This document shows, piece after piece, positions 9,870 through 18,634 of a DNA stretch of 64,000 nt (its first letter is position 1; each line of letters starts with the position of its first letter). This DNA is from Methanobacteriota archaeon (GTDB lineage: Archaea > Thermoplasmatota > Poseidoniia > Poseidoniales > Poseidoniaceae), in the NCBI GenBank assembly GCA_018659375.1, contig JABJMO010000031.1, positions 39,233 to 103,232 on the forward strand, given 5' to 3'. The translations under genes were made by a program, and so were the position numbers. The notes under the pieces are model-generated. The model did not search any database, was not told the origin of the DNA, and saw only the letters and a list, made by a program, of their open reading frames with translations.

Positions 9870-10679
9870 TTAGAGAGTTGTCAAAATGTCCTGCCATTTC
9901 ATGGAAGAGCCTTTTCTAAAATAGTTTGAATGAAAGTCTCTTTGGCCGACATGATAATTTCGAATGATCTTCCCTCTACTATCATAGCATCCATACCTAG
10001 TATGGACTGGAACTATTACTTGGCTTATGTCAAATTTAGGACCGTTTTGGTCTGGTTCTACATCGTTGCAAATCTCGATATTGCCTTGCGAAGACATCGA
10101 TTCCATGGTTGGGTGCCTGAGTTCAGAGTCGAATTCCAACATGATTTCCCCTTCATTAGGCTTTACTGGCCGCCAATCGGTACTTGCGCCATTGCCCAGC
10201 CATTGTATCATTGACTTCATTTGCTGAACGGTAACAAAGCTAAGATGGGTCAATTCCCACCACCCCTTGGATCTAGCCATTGTGATGTGATGGATGCCCG
10301 GTTGAATCAAGCGTGAATCAAGACTGTCGGCATATGTGCGGCACAGGTCTCTAATCCTAACAGTAACCACTGGTATTATTCCAAGCCCAAGACGAGCTAA
10401 TTGAAACGGGTTTGCTAACTCTCCTAGGAGCAAAAGTGGTTTTCTATCAGTCATTGCAGTAGCAGCATTATTCCTCAAATGTTCGCTTAACTTTTCCTGT
10501 CCAAACATAGCATTGGCAACCGCCTCTTTGATGCCATCAATAGTCATCTCATGTTCGGTCATTTGCGGCAAATCAAGTGGATGAAATACTTGATTGGAAA
10601 CAATGAATGAACTTTTTGGCAACGGGTGAGGTGAATTGTTGGGAGTATATTGCCACATCGAGGCGTTCATCTTCTCCAT
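9870..10679 (-). CDS. Hypothetical soluble protein (269 aa)
   Basis: Clean ORF co-directional with its neighbours, with no TM segments and no motif I can assign confidently. Confidence 0.55.
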   Translation of the reverse strand: MEKMNASMWQYTPNNSPHPLPKSSFIVSNQVFHPLDLPQMTEHEMTIDGIKEAVANAMFGQEKLSEHLRNNAATAMTDRKPLLLLGELANPFQLARLGLGIIPVVTVRIRDLCRTYADSLDSRLIQPGIHHITMARSKGWWELTHLSFVTVQQMKSMIQWLGNGASTDWRPVKPNEGEIMLEFDSELRHPTMESMSSQGNIEICNDVEPDQNGPKFDISQVIVPVHTRYGCYDSRGKIIRNYHVGQRDFHSNYFRKGSSMKWQDILTTL

Positions 10680-10716
10680 GTAGTGGCCTCCAAGTTTATG
10701 TTCTTGAATACGCCGA

Positions 10717-11067
10717 TTATTCAGTAAAGGTTGACTCGAGTTGACATTGTGGACAAGTTACCTTGATTGGTCGAATTGCTGGGATGCCTAATGCTGCTCC
10801 ACACCCTGGGCAATTAATTGCCTGGGTTACTTGTTGGCGCCGTTGTGAAGCATCTTGACTAGGGTCATACTCAAATCGATAATTACTAGTTGATGGTAGT
10901 GCGGTGTTAATGGGTTGTTGGCCTAGGGGTTGCTTGAGTGGCAACATTGCTAATATTTGGTCTGATGTTAGGCCATACTTCTTACCGATATTAACCGATT
11001 GTAAATTTCTCTCATGGTTTGATGCTGCCATAAGAAGCGTGTATTCCTCGGGAGAAATAATCGTCAT
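10717..11067 (-). CDS. Hypothetical protein with C-terminal zinc ribbon
   Basis: CPGC-x15-CPQC at the C-terminus, preceded by a Q/P/S-rich linker. Confidence 0.5.
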   Translation of the reverse strand: MTIISPEEYTLLMAASNHERNLQSVNIGKKYGLTSDQILAMLPLKQPLGQQPINTALPSTSNYRFEYDPSQDASQRRQQVTQAINCPGCGAALGIPAIRPIKVTCPQCQLESTFTE

Positions 11068-11143
11068 AGTGTAATCGAAGTTATCTTTGTTTTAGAGCGT
11101 TTACCTGCTTTGAGTAATGGGTCAATTTGCAAAAACAGGGCAA

Positions 11144-11161
11144 ATATATGATATATATATT
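11144..11161. promoter_or_regulatory. TA-alternating tract (atatatgatatatatatt) in a divergent intergenic region; candidate TATA element(s)
   Basis: Seen between the divergent starts at 11067 (minus) and 11212 (plus). Which gene it serves is unknown. Confidence 0.25.
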
Positions 11162-11211
11162 GGAAGAGTTCAAAACAGATTGGAGTTGGCCACGGGTTAA
11201 GGGGCCTAGGG

Positions 11212-11694
11212 ATGAGTAGGACAAAAATGCGCAAAACAGCACGTGACAAATTGGAGAATATGACTCCACAAGAGCGGTCTAAGGCCGTTAGGAGTATCAG
11301 TTGTAGAGAAACTATGACTGATGCAAACTGGGTCTTTGCTAACGATACTATGGCGGATGTCCTAGATGATCTAACACAAAATAACTGGGACCACGTTTTC
11401 GTTGTTAACAAGGAAGGTGTCCCCATGGGGCGAATTCATGCAGTTGATGTACTGAAGATTGTCGCAAAAAAGAATGTTGAACGTTCGGTTGCTTGGATGT
11501 TGAGTGTACCAGCAAAGCAACTAATCAATTTACCACCACTGACTGTTAAATCAAATACCCCTTTACTAAAGGCTGGAGCGCTAATGCTAACTCATGACTT
11601 GAATCAGGTTGCAGTAGTTAACCAACAAGGAGTCTTGGTTGGTGTTGTCGGTCACAACACAATGGCTAAGAACTTACCACGCTTCATTCTGTGA
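11212..11694 (+). CDS. CBS-domain pair protein with basic N-terminal extension
   Basis: Two CBS-like repeats (..DTMADVLDDLTQNNWDHVFVVNKEGVPMGRIHAVDVLK.. and ..TPLLKAGALMLTHDLNQVAVVNQQGVLVGVVGHNTM..). ATG start. Confidence 0.65.
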   Translation: MSRTKMRKTARDKLENMTPQERSKAVRSISCRETMTDANWVFANDTMADVLDDLTQNNWDHVFVVNKEGVPMGRIHAVDVLKIVAKKNVERSVAWMLSVPAKQLINLPPLTVKSNTPLLKAGALMLTHDLNQVAVVNQQGVLVGVVGHNTMAKNLPRFIL

Positions 11695-12813
11695 TTAAAT
11701 TCCCCAGTAGCGGTCTGACTGGGCTTGCTTAGCTTGTAATGTATTCTTGATGGTCGTGGCCATCCATAGAACAACTACCCAAATCAATGGATATGCCAAA
11801 TCTGTCAAAATTTGATTGACACTGAATTCATATGACTCACCATTAAGTACGTTAGTTGAGATTTGTAACGCTGAATCTACGAATGAATAAACTACCATAC
11901 CAAATATGCTCAATACGATTAAGCGACCAGAAGAAGAACCACGTCTAAGGCGTAAAAACATAAATCCTGCTGTCGAGGTTAAAAACGCAATAACTATCCA
12001 TGCTAGAGCTGCATGGGTAACCTCAAGCCACAATATCGAATTTGAGCTGTCAGTAACCAAATTTGTATAGGCGCGATACCCTTCCGCTACAGCAAATATT
12101 GCGCTGAACAAAGTAGCAGTCCACAATAATGAAGAAAACATTGCTGCGTCAGCGTTGTCTCGCATTTCCTGGATTACCCGGTTTACGGTTGTCTCGATTC
12201 CAGCACCCTTACTGAAAATATACAGCCCGGATACTAGCGGAAGGGCACCAATTACAATGCCGCCAATTTCTGCAGGTAGCATTATTCCAAGCCCCAATAT
12301 TGCCAATACAAGTCCAAAAGGAATCATGATTTTAGCCCGCCACTTAGGGTCCTCTAAGGCTTTAACAATGTAATAATAAGTGCCTTCGATACCTTTTGAT
12401 TGTTTGACTATTATTTTTTCAACATGGTCAATTCTTACTTGGGACTGGATGATTGGCAATACCGATTCGTCTTCAGCGCCATCGGTTACTAGAATTGCTT
12501 TATCTGGTTGAAATGTGGTAACTATTTCCTCAAGTTGGGCTGCAATTGCCCTATCAGAACGAATTCCAACTTTTTCATCACCAGTAAGGATGGCAATTTC
12601 AACCTCATCATCATCCCCAAGTGATTCTGAAAGGTTGTCGTGTTGTGACAATGCGCCTAAAATTGCATTTGTGTCGCTCTCTTCTGGATCGGCAATACCA
12701 AGTTTAAGTGCAGCAGTAAGCACTTGACGGCGTCCTACTACAGGGCCTCTGATAGCGGTTTTAATGCCTAGATCGTTATCACGATCGACTGTTAAAACTA
12801 GCGTTCGAGTCAT
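11695..12813 (-). CDS. Archaeal membrane protein, DUF373-like (soluble N-domain + C-terminal TM bundle)
   Basis: N-terminus MTRTLVLTVDRDNDLG matches my memory of the DUF373 N-terminal signature. The C-terminal half has several hydrophobic helices. The track start at 12822 is GTG, so I used the ATG at 12813. Confidence 0.55.
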   Translation of the reverse strand: MTRTLVLTVDRDNDLGIKTAIRGPVVGRRQVLTAALKLGIADPEESDTNAILGALSQHDNLSESLGDDDEVEIAILTGDEKVGIRSDRAIAAQLEEIVTTFQPDKAILVTDGAEDESVLPIIQSQVRIDHVEKIIVKQSKGIEGTYYYIVKALEDPKWRAKIMIPFGLVLAILGLGIMLPAEIGGIVIGALPLVSGLYIFSKGAGIETTVNRVIQEMRDNADAAMFSSLLWTATLFSAIFAVAEGYRAYTNLVTDSSNSILWLEVTHAALAWIVIAFLTSTAGFMFLRLRRGSSSGRLIVLSIFGMVVYSFVDSALQISTNVLNGESYEFSVNQILTDLAYPLIWVVVLWMATTIKNTLQAKQAQSDRYWGI

Positions 12814-12876
12814 AGAATTCACCGTTGGTTGTACATGCTAAACCGTCTTACAATTCAAATCCTTCGCGCGAATTGG

Positions 12877-14139
12877 TTATGAATCGGCAGGTTTTGCTAC
12901 GGAATCTTTTATTTCCGGTTGGTTGGTTTGCTCGCCATCAATTGGCGAGTCATCTGGTCGAACCTCAACTTCCACTTTACGGTTTTTTGCCTTCCAACGT
13001 TGTGTTGCCCTGATGTATTTTAGTGGATGGTCCATCCATGAGATATCGCATAACCGGTCGTCTCCCGGCAGCACGGGACAATTGTGATTTAATTTTAATT
13101 TACTACATCCAGCAGGCGTGTATGAGCCCTCATACACGTGTTTTACTTGATAGGAAGTTGTTGATTCTTTAAAATCGGGCGCTCCTTTGAAAAATCCAAC
13201 ACAGGATTCTTCGGGCAATGCTAAGGCTGCTGATATTGAAGCAAGGAATAATCGGCCAAAGTGGTTAACGTTTACTCCATTGGTTAATTCGGCAATTATG
13301 TTTCTCATGCATGGTGGCCAATCTGATTCTTCTGCCCCGACTAGCGCAATTGCCTCGCTAGCTTTGCTTGCCATTAGATTTCTAACCATCCCCACAGGTT
13401 CTGCAAGGCGCATGGCAAGTTCCATGTCGATATTTTTCATCTTTTCAAGTGCTTCTTGTTCTATGTGTTGCTTTATTCGCTCCCGGAGTAATCTTGCTAG
13501 TTTTGCTGATGAAGAATATTGTTGTTCATTGAATAGCGTTACTTTTCCTGCACTAACCTGATTATTTGCTAAGCGCCACCTTGAGCCAGTTATCTTGGGG
13601 CATATCTCAATAAAATCAGCAAGGCCAATTTTCCATATGCTGCCGTCTTGGCTTTGCCTAATTTTTCGTACACTTGCCCGATTACTTGATTGTAGAGGTG
13701 CAACTAATTGCTCATCTTTTTCAATTTGTGAAATAAATGTTTTAGCAATTTTTACCATATTTTCAGAATCTCTAGTTAGAATCTGTTCAGCGCGTGTTGC
13801 CTCAGCTTGTGCCCAACGTGAAATCAGTCGTTCATCTTCAGAGGCAAACACTACCAGACGAGCATAATAAAAGGAAAATGCTTCTATTATTCTGCCTTCT
13901 TCGGTAAAAATATCCCCGCCAACAACGGCAACTCCTTCCTTTGATTCAATCGAATCTATCAATCTGATGCGGGCCCTTTGTCTGGCTTTTTCCATCCACT
14001 GGCCTTCCAATAATTCCTCTAAATCTATTTCATGATCAAGGGCTAAATTTTGTATCCAAGATGAGGCCTGAGGAAGAAATGGATACCTAGCTAAAGTCAC
14101 AGCATCTTCTATTGAAGGGGTGACTTTTGGAGTCGGCAT
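12877..14139 (-). CDS. priL: DNA primase large subunit PriL
   Basis: C-terminal Fe-S domain pattern: PPCMRNII..NHFGRLFLASISAALALP..YQVKHVYEGSYTPAGCSKL..NCPV..DRLC. Start moved to the ATG at 14139 (MPTPKV..) to avoid overlapping the divergent neighbour. Confidence 0.72.
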   Translation of the reverse strand: MPTPKVTPSIEDAVTLARYPFLPQASSWIQNLALDHEIDLEELLEGQWMEKARQRARIRLIDSIESKEGVAVVGGDIFTEEGRIIEAFSFYYARLVVFASEDERLISRWAQAEATRAEQILTRDSENMVKIAKTFISQIEKDEQLVAPLQSSNRASVRKIRQSQDGSIWKIGLADFIEICPKITGSRWRLANNQVSAGKVTLFNEQQYSSSAKLARLLRERIKQHIEQEALEKMKNIDMELAMRLAEPVGMVRNLMASKASEAIALVGAEESDWPPCMRNIIAELTNGVNVNHFGRLFLASISAALALPEESCVGFFKGAPDFKESTTSYQVKHVYEGSYTPAGCSKLKLNHNCPVLPGDDRLCDISWMDHPLKYIRATQRWKAKNRKVEVEVRPDDSPIDGEQTNQPEIKDSVAKPADS

Positions 14140-14176
14140 GAGGACTCGACATTCTAAGACCCATATCAATACCACC

Positions 14177-14965
14177 ATGATAATGGTTCATTTGGTTGGT
14201 TCATCTGGCAGGGTTGTGAGTGAAGACTTAGCCCTGCCGTTAATACAAGTGCAGTCTGTAGTAAGAGATTACTTTGGTTGGGATTATAATGATGATTTGT
14301 CAAGTGCCAATCTAATGAGTAAATTGTTTTCGACTCAGCGTCCTTATGGTGTTGAAAAATGGTCACCAGAAATTCGAGAAATTAATAAAAATAATTTACA
14401 GAAAACCCTAACAGAAAGTAGTCAAGTTATCATTATCGGGGCGTCGGTAACTGACGAAGAACTGTCAACTGTTAACTTGCAAGGTAGCGCAATTATTGCG
14501 GCGGATGGGTCGGTTGGTGCAATTGCCAACCATCCCAACCTAGCCTGTGTAGTGACAGATTTTGATGGTAACCCTCATCTTGATGCAGTCGCCAAATGTG
14601 GCGTCCTGTTTGTCGCTCATGCACACGGAGATAACCAGCAACGATGGCAAAAAACGCTTGATAAATGGAACAGATATACGACTCAGCCGAGTCTAATACT
14701 GACTCACCAAGTCGATCAATTTGTAGACGGTTTGGTTAATTATGGCGGCTTTACTGATGGTGATCGTGCTGTGTGTCTAGCAATAGGGCTAGGAGTGAAA
14801 TTAGACTGCATAAAGCTCGTTGGATTTTCGACTGGGCAAATTGGCCAATGGTCAGGGAGTACCAATATCAACCAAAAAATGATGAAACTAGAGTGGATGT
14901 ACAAAATTATTGAGATGATTGGGCTAGAAGACCAGGTAGATATTAGCGCTTCTTCAGCGCTTTAA
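14177..14965 (+). CDS. MptE-like (DUF115) 6-hydroxymethylpterin diphosphokinase family protein
   Basis: IIAADGSVGAI..ACVVTDFDGN..FVAHAHGDN matches the DUF115/MptE pattern as I recall it. ATG at 14177 (MIMVHL..). Confidence 0.5.
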   Translation: MIMVHLVGSSGRVVSEDLALPLIQVQSVVRDYFGWDYNDDLSSANLMSKLFSTQRPYGVEKWSPEIREINKNNLQKTLTESSQVIIIGASVTDEELSTVNLQGSAIIAADGSVGAIANHPNLACVVTDFDGNPHLDAVAKCGVLFVAHAHGDNQQRWQKTLDKWNRYTTQPSLILTHQVDQFVDGLVNYGGFTDGDRAVCLAIGLGVKLDCIKLVGFSTGQIGQWSGSTNINQKMMKLEWMYKIIEMIGLEDQVDISASSAL

Positions 14966-16040
14966 GACGGTCACGCATGGCTCTTTTGCGGTCGTCTTGG
15001 GCTAGATTAATATCTTTCTCAAGTCTTCTGTTTAGCATATCTGCATCCCAAACGAGAACTTCACCCGCTTCGTTTCCAACAACAACGCGGTTATTGCTGG
15101 CCATGATATTGGTTATCTTACTACAATTCATTGCTGTGATTTGTTGCCCGCTATCACAGTAAATCACTTTCAGCGTCCCGTTTAACCCATCGAGCTGCGC
15201 GTACCATAATGTTTGGATGTTATTAATCTCAAAGCCGATTGCTTGAGCTGAAGTTTGAAGGTTTTTCATCGCCCATAATTTAGATTTATTATTATCAAAG
15301 GATTGGACTGAATGTTCGGCAACAACAATTAGGTTTTCTTGATTATCTATTAAAATCCCTTCAATTGATTCATCTGTTATACTAGTAATGTTATCATCGA
15401 TGGAAGATATATCTCCATTAGCATGACCAAACAGCGGCCTACTACCAATCAGTCCACCAAAGGTAACTGGTGAATTGGAGTCTAATTGTTGATAGTTTAA
15501 ATCTCCATCTTGATTGATCATTGCTATGCCCATTTTTGGCCTCCCAAGGCCTATAATTACCGCATTATTGTCGGGGAAAATAGTCCAGGGGCGCTCATCC
15601 ATGTGCTTGGTCCACAAGTGTTCTCCATCAAAGGAAAAACACCAAACTGCAGAATCGATAAAATCGTTGTGCTCTATATCGTAAACTGAGGAAGTAGCAT
15701 AAACACGTCCTCCGTGAATTACCACCTCATCAGCACTACCTTCAAGAGCAAATTGCCACATCAGCTCCCCGGAAGTTCGGCTCACTGCCACGATGTGTAG
15801 GCCTGCTGTGGCAAATACAAACTCTTGATTAGAAATAATGCATCCAACCCTGTCTGGCAACTTGGTTGACCAACTATTGTCTCCATCACAATCCCAATAT
15901 GACAACATACCGCTCCACCCACCAGCAATGATGTCGTTTGATTCATCAATTGATAATGATGACACGGGTTCACCCAGCAAACGGGTCATCCAACATGCGC
16001 CAATCATGTTCATTGAGCCTGTTAGGCTGTTAGAGGTCAT
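14943..16040 (-). CDS. Cytoplasmic beta-propeller repeat protein (PQQ-like/WD-like repeats) with basic coiled C-terminal tail
   Basis: Repeating units of about 40 aa with W/G-rich blades (SGELMWQF.., GEHLWTKH.., SKLWAMK..). No signal peptide. Tail RKRAMRDRLKALKKR. Confidence 0.6.
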   Translation of the reverse strand: MTSNSLTGSMNMIGACWMTRLLGEPVSSLSIDESNDIIAGGWSGMLSYWDCDGDNSWSTKLPDRVGCIISNQEFVFATAGLHIVAVSRTSGELMWQFALEGSADEVVIHGGRVYATSSVYDIEHNDFIDSAVWCFSFDGEHLWTKHMDERPWTIFPDNNAVIIGLGRPKMGIAMINQDGDLNYQQLDSNSPVTFGGLIGSRPLFGHANGDISSIDDNITSITDESIEGILIDNQENLIVVAEHSVQSFDNNKSKLWAMKNLQTSAQAIGFEINNIQTLWYAQLDGLNGTLKVIYCDSGQQITAMNCSKITNIMASNNRVVVGNEAGEVLVWDADMLNRRLEKDINLAQDDRKRAMRDRLKALKKR

Positions 16041-16071
16041 AATACAGACGGAAGATTGCTCAAGGTTTTGC

Positions 16072-16959
16072 TTAATTGAGTGTACGACGTGGTTTACTGA
16101 TGGTAAAGGTTAGGATGAAGGCAACTAAACTAAACATACAGGCTGAATAATAATGCCCCATAGTAAAAAACGACAAAACTGAAGCTGTTCTGAGTAAGTG
16201 AACAGATCCTGTTTTCATCGACCAAATAGCGAAGCCTGATGCAATGACTGCCAAACTGACAAAACCAATGCCGATTGTCGAATAAATCATCGACGCCCCT
16301 GAATCCATAAGTGGGTGGTCCATTTGTTTGGCTGAATTATCAATTTCTCTAATTGTACAGTTTGTTGTACCATCGGCGCATAGCTGGTCAGCAAACGTCT
16401 CTTGAGAAGGGATTTTGAAATCAATACTGGTGAAACCTATAGGCTCAAATAGTGCTGGAGGAGATAGTAGTACTCGGTTAGAATAGCGATCTTTGAAGTC
16501 ATTTCTATCAACTATTATGTCGACTCGAGTAATGCCAGGATCTAGCAGTTCAATTTCAAAAAATCCATCGCCGCTCGTTTCAGTTGAACTAGTGTTCCAA
16601 TAATCGCCTTCATACCAAGAGATGTAGACTGTTGCATTGTCGATTGGGCCGCCTTGGTCATCATATACGTGGCCGTTAAAAATAGCAGATTCATCAGGTG
16701 CATTTTGAGCAAAGCGGAATACAAACTCATCTGGCCTTACAAGTCCTGATTCGGGTTGTGTGAAATCAAGTCCGTTAGCTAAGCCAAGTAAGCAAGTTAT
16801 GAGAACTAAAACTGCTATTGAGTGGCCTACCCTGGTTAGTTCGTTAACCTCAATGGTAAGCTTGCTTTCTGTTGTTGTAAACATCAAGTCGTTGACTGGT
16901 TCAACAAGCCCAGTCAACTCGTCGATATAGTCCGAATCCGACAGGTCGTCTTCGCCCAT
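16072..16959 (-). CDS. Membrane protein with carboxypeptidase-regulatory-like (CarboxypepD_reg-like) extracytoplasmic domain
   Basis: Acidic N-terminus, one TM, then NATVYISWYEG..TSGDGFFEIELLDPG (Ig-like regulatory-domain pattern), then C-terminal hydrophobic helices. Confidence 0.5.
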   Translation of the reverse strand: MGEDDLSDSDYIDELTGLVEPVNDLMFTTTESKLTIEVNELTRVGHSIAVLVLITCLLGLANGLDFTQPESGLVRPDEFVFRFAQNAPDESAIFNGHVYDDQGGPIDNATVYISWYEGDYWNTSSTETSGDGFFEIELLDPGITRVDIIVDRNDFKDRYSNRVLLSPPALFEPIGFTSIDFKIPSQETFADQLCADGTTNCTIREIDNSAKQMDHPLMDSGASMIYSTIGIGFVSLAVIASGFAIWSMKTGSVHLLRTASVLSFFTMGHYYSACMFSLVAFILTFTISKPRRTLN

Positions 16960-16979
16960 GAAATTGCTAGAACTTCTTC

Positions 16980-18383
16980 CTACTTGACTCCAATGCGTCC
17001 TTTAGAATTAGCAATAAGCCGAGCAAGAGATTGGTCGCTAATCCAAACTTGCATTGTGATTACTCCCTTTTTGTCTATTTTTTTGTCAATAATCATTGCA
17101 GCATCATATACATCTGCAACATACCCTTCAATATCTCTTCCCGTATCTGCTGGAACAAGTACTAAAGTTGCGGGTTGACCAAATAGCAAAGCCAGCATCT
17201 CATCTTGTAATTCGCTGATTCCAAGGTCTTGATGAACTGAAATAGACATCGGTTGGCCATAACCATAATCCATTGCCATGGCTTCTTTTTGCGCAAGTTC
17301 TTGGGGTTTTAAAGATTCGATCTTGGTTAAAACACACATTATTTTCCGCTCAGACAAGATTTCTTCTGTTTGATCCTCGCTAAGATACCTGGCATTAATT
17401 TCTCGTCTAGTTGCGGAAAGTTTTCTTTCAAATTCACTAATTTCGTCTGTCGCATCTACGAGTAATAGCAACATATCGCACTCTAAAGCCTCAGCAAGGG
17501 TGGCTCTAAATGCATCGAGGGTCGCGTTGGGTAAATTATCAATAAAACCAATCGTATCAGCAAGTAGTACTCTTGGACTAGCCGCAAGACGGCCTACCGT
17601 GGTCTCTAAAGTTGAAAATAGTTTATCTTCTACAAGCACTTCTTTCCCTGACATTTTGAGGAAAAAGCTAGATTTGCCTGCATTGGTATATCCGGCAATT
17701 CCCACTGTCACTGCGCCGCTTCTCATTCTTTGACGCCGTCTCTCTGCCTGAGCTTTTGAGTGCTTTTGCTGGCGTTTTCTTAAAGAGGTTAATTCGCGAT
17801 TAATGTTAGCAATTACTGCTTGCAATGCAGTCACACCGCCTCCACCATATCCGGCTCGCTCCCCGGTTGTTGTTTGATTAGCAAGTTCTCTAAGTACGGT
17901 CCTATCAGATTGTAATCTAGCGATTCTAACCTGCGTTCTTGCTTCTAGAGAGTTTGCGTGTGAGGTAAATAATGAAAGTAGTAATCGCACTCTATCCCAA
18001 ACTTCTACACCCGCAGCCTCACCCACAGCAACAAGTTGCCTTGGTGTTGCATTGGTGTGAATCAATACCAAATCGACTTTTGACCATGGGTGACCGTCAA
18101 CTCGTAATCTAAGTTCATCTGCTACATCTTGTAATCTGCCTTTACCGAAATAGCCCTTGGCATCAATTGAACCTGGCTGAATAATCTTCTCGACGATAAT
18201 TATCCCCATTGTTCCGGCCAACTGGCAAAATTCATTTGTGTCTTCTACACCTCTAACTAATAGCAATGCTCGGCGACCTTGGTGGTTGGTTCGCGCCTCA
18301 CCAAGTGATACACCCCCTGCTCCAGCAAGAACCTCGTAATTTGGTTCCTGCTTCGCCATATTTGGTCCAAGAGTCATCCTCAT
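16980..18383 (-). CDS. hflX: GTPase HflX
   Basis: HflX N-domain, then G1 GYTNAGKSSFF, G3 DTIGFI and G4-like TKIES. Size and architecture are typical. Confidence 0.85.
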   Translation of the reverse strand: MRMTLGPNMAKQEPNYEVLAGAGGVSLGEARTNHQGRRALLLVRGVEDTNEFCQLAGTMGIIIVEKIIQPGSIDAKGYFGKGRLQDVADELRLRVDGHPWSKVDLVLIHTNATPRQLVAVGEAAGVEVWDRVRLLLSLFTSHANSLEARTQVRIARLQSDRTVLRELANQTTTGERAGYGGGGVTALQAVIANINRELTSLRKRQQKHSKAQAERRRQRMRSGAVTVGIAGYTNAGKSSFFLKMSGKEVLVEDKLFSTLETTVGRLAASPRVLLADTIGFIDNLPNATLDAFRATLAEALECDMLLLLVDATDEISEFERKLSATRREINARYLSEDQTEEILSERKIMCVLTKIESLKPQELAQKEAMAMDYGYGQPMSISVHQDLGISELQDEMLALLFGQPATLVLVPADTGRDIEGYVADVYDAAMIIDKKIDKKGVITMQVWISDQSLARLIANSKGRIGVK

Positions 18384-18407
18384 ATCAGCCCACCCCCTCG
18401 AAGAGCC

Positions 18408-18632
18408 ATGGTCGAATCATACACAGCCACTGTCCAATGGTCTGGAGACGCTGAGCTAGGCACGGTATTATTGGCTGCTGCTAGCCGTCCGGGTTGCTCG
18501 GCAAAATTAACTGAAAGTGATGGCGTTGCTGAATTAAAAATAGTAGTTGAAGATTCTTCAATACAATCTCTTAGAGACAGAGTTGACGAGTTAATGATCG
18601 CTTTGTCGGATATTGAGGAAAGTCGGCAATAA
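18408..18632 (+). CDS. Pcc1-like (KEOPS subunit) small protein, tentative
   Basis: 74 aa. The layout (..AELKIVVEDSSIQSLRDRVDELMIALSDIEE) resembles the Pcc1/CTAG fold pattern. The assignment is from memory only. Confidence 0.35.
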   Translation: MVESYTATVQWSGDAELGTVLLAAASRPGCSAKLTESDGVAELKIVVEDSSIQSLRDRVDELMIALSDIEESRQ

Positions 18633-18634
18633 GT

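Noticed and set aside
9870-10679. 269-aa orphan as a 2H phosphoesterase / LigT-like enzyme (HHITMAR and RHPTME resemble H-x-T-x motifs)
   Set aside because: The motif spacing (about 50 aa) and surrounding context do not match what I recall for LigT. Two tetrapeptides are too weak as evidence. The idea is left as something to test, not a call.
11064-11426. Minus-strand 120-aa ORF overlapping the CBS gene start and the divergent intergenic region
   Set aside because: Its sequence is hydrophobic and low-complexity with no motif. It overlaps a better-supported CBS gene and would abolish the promoter region.
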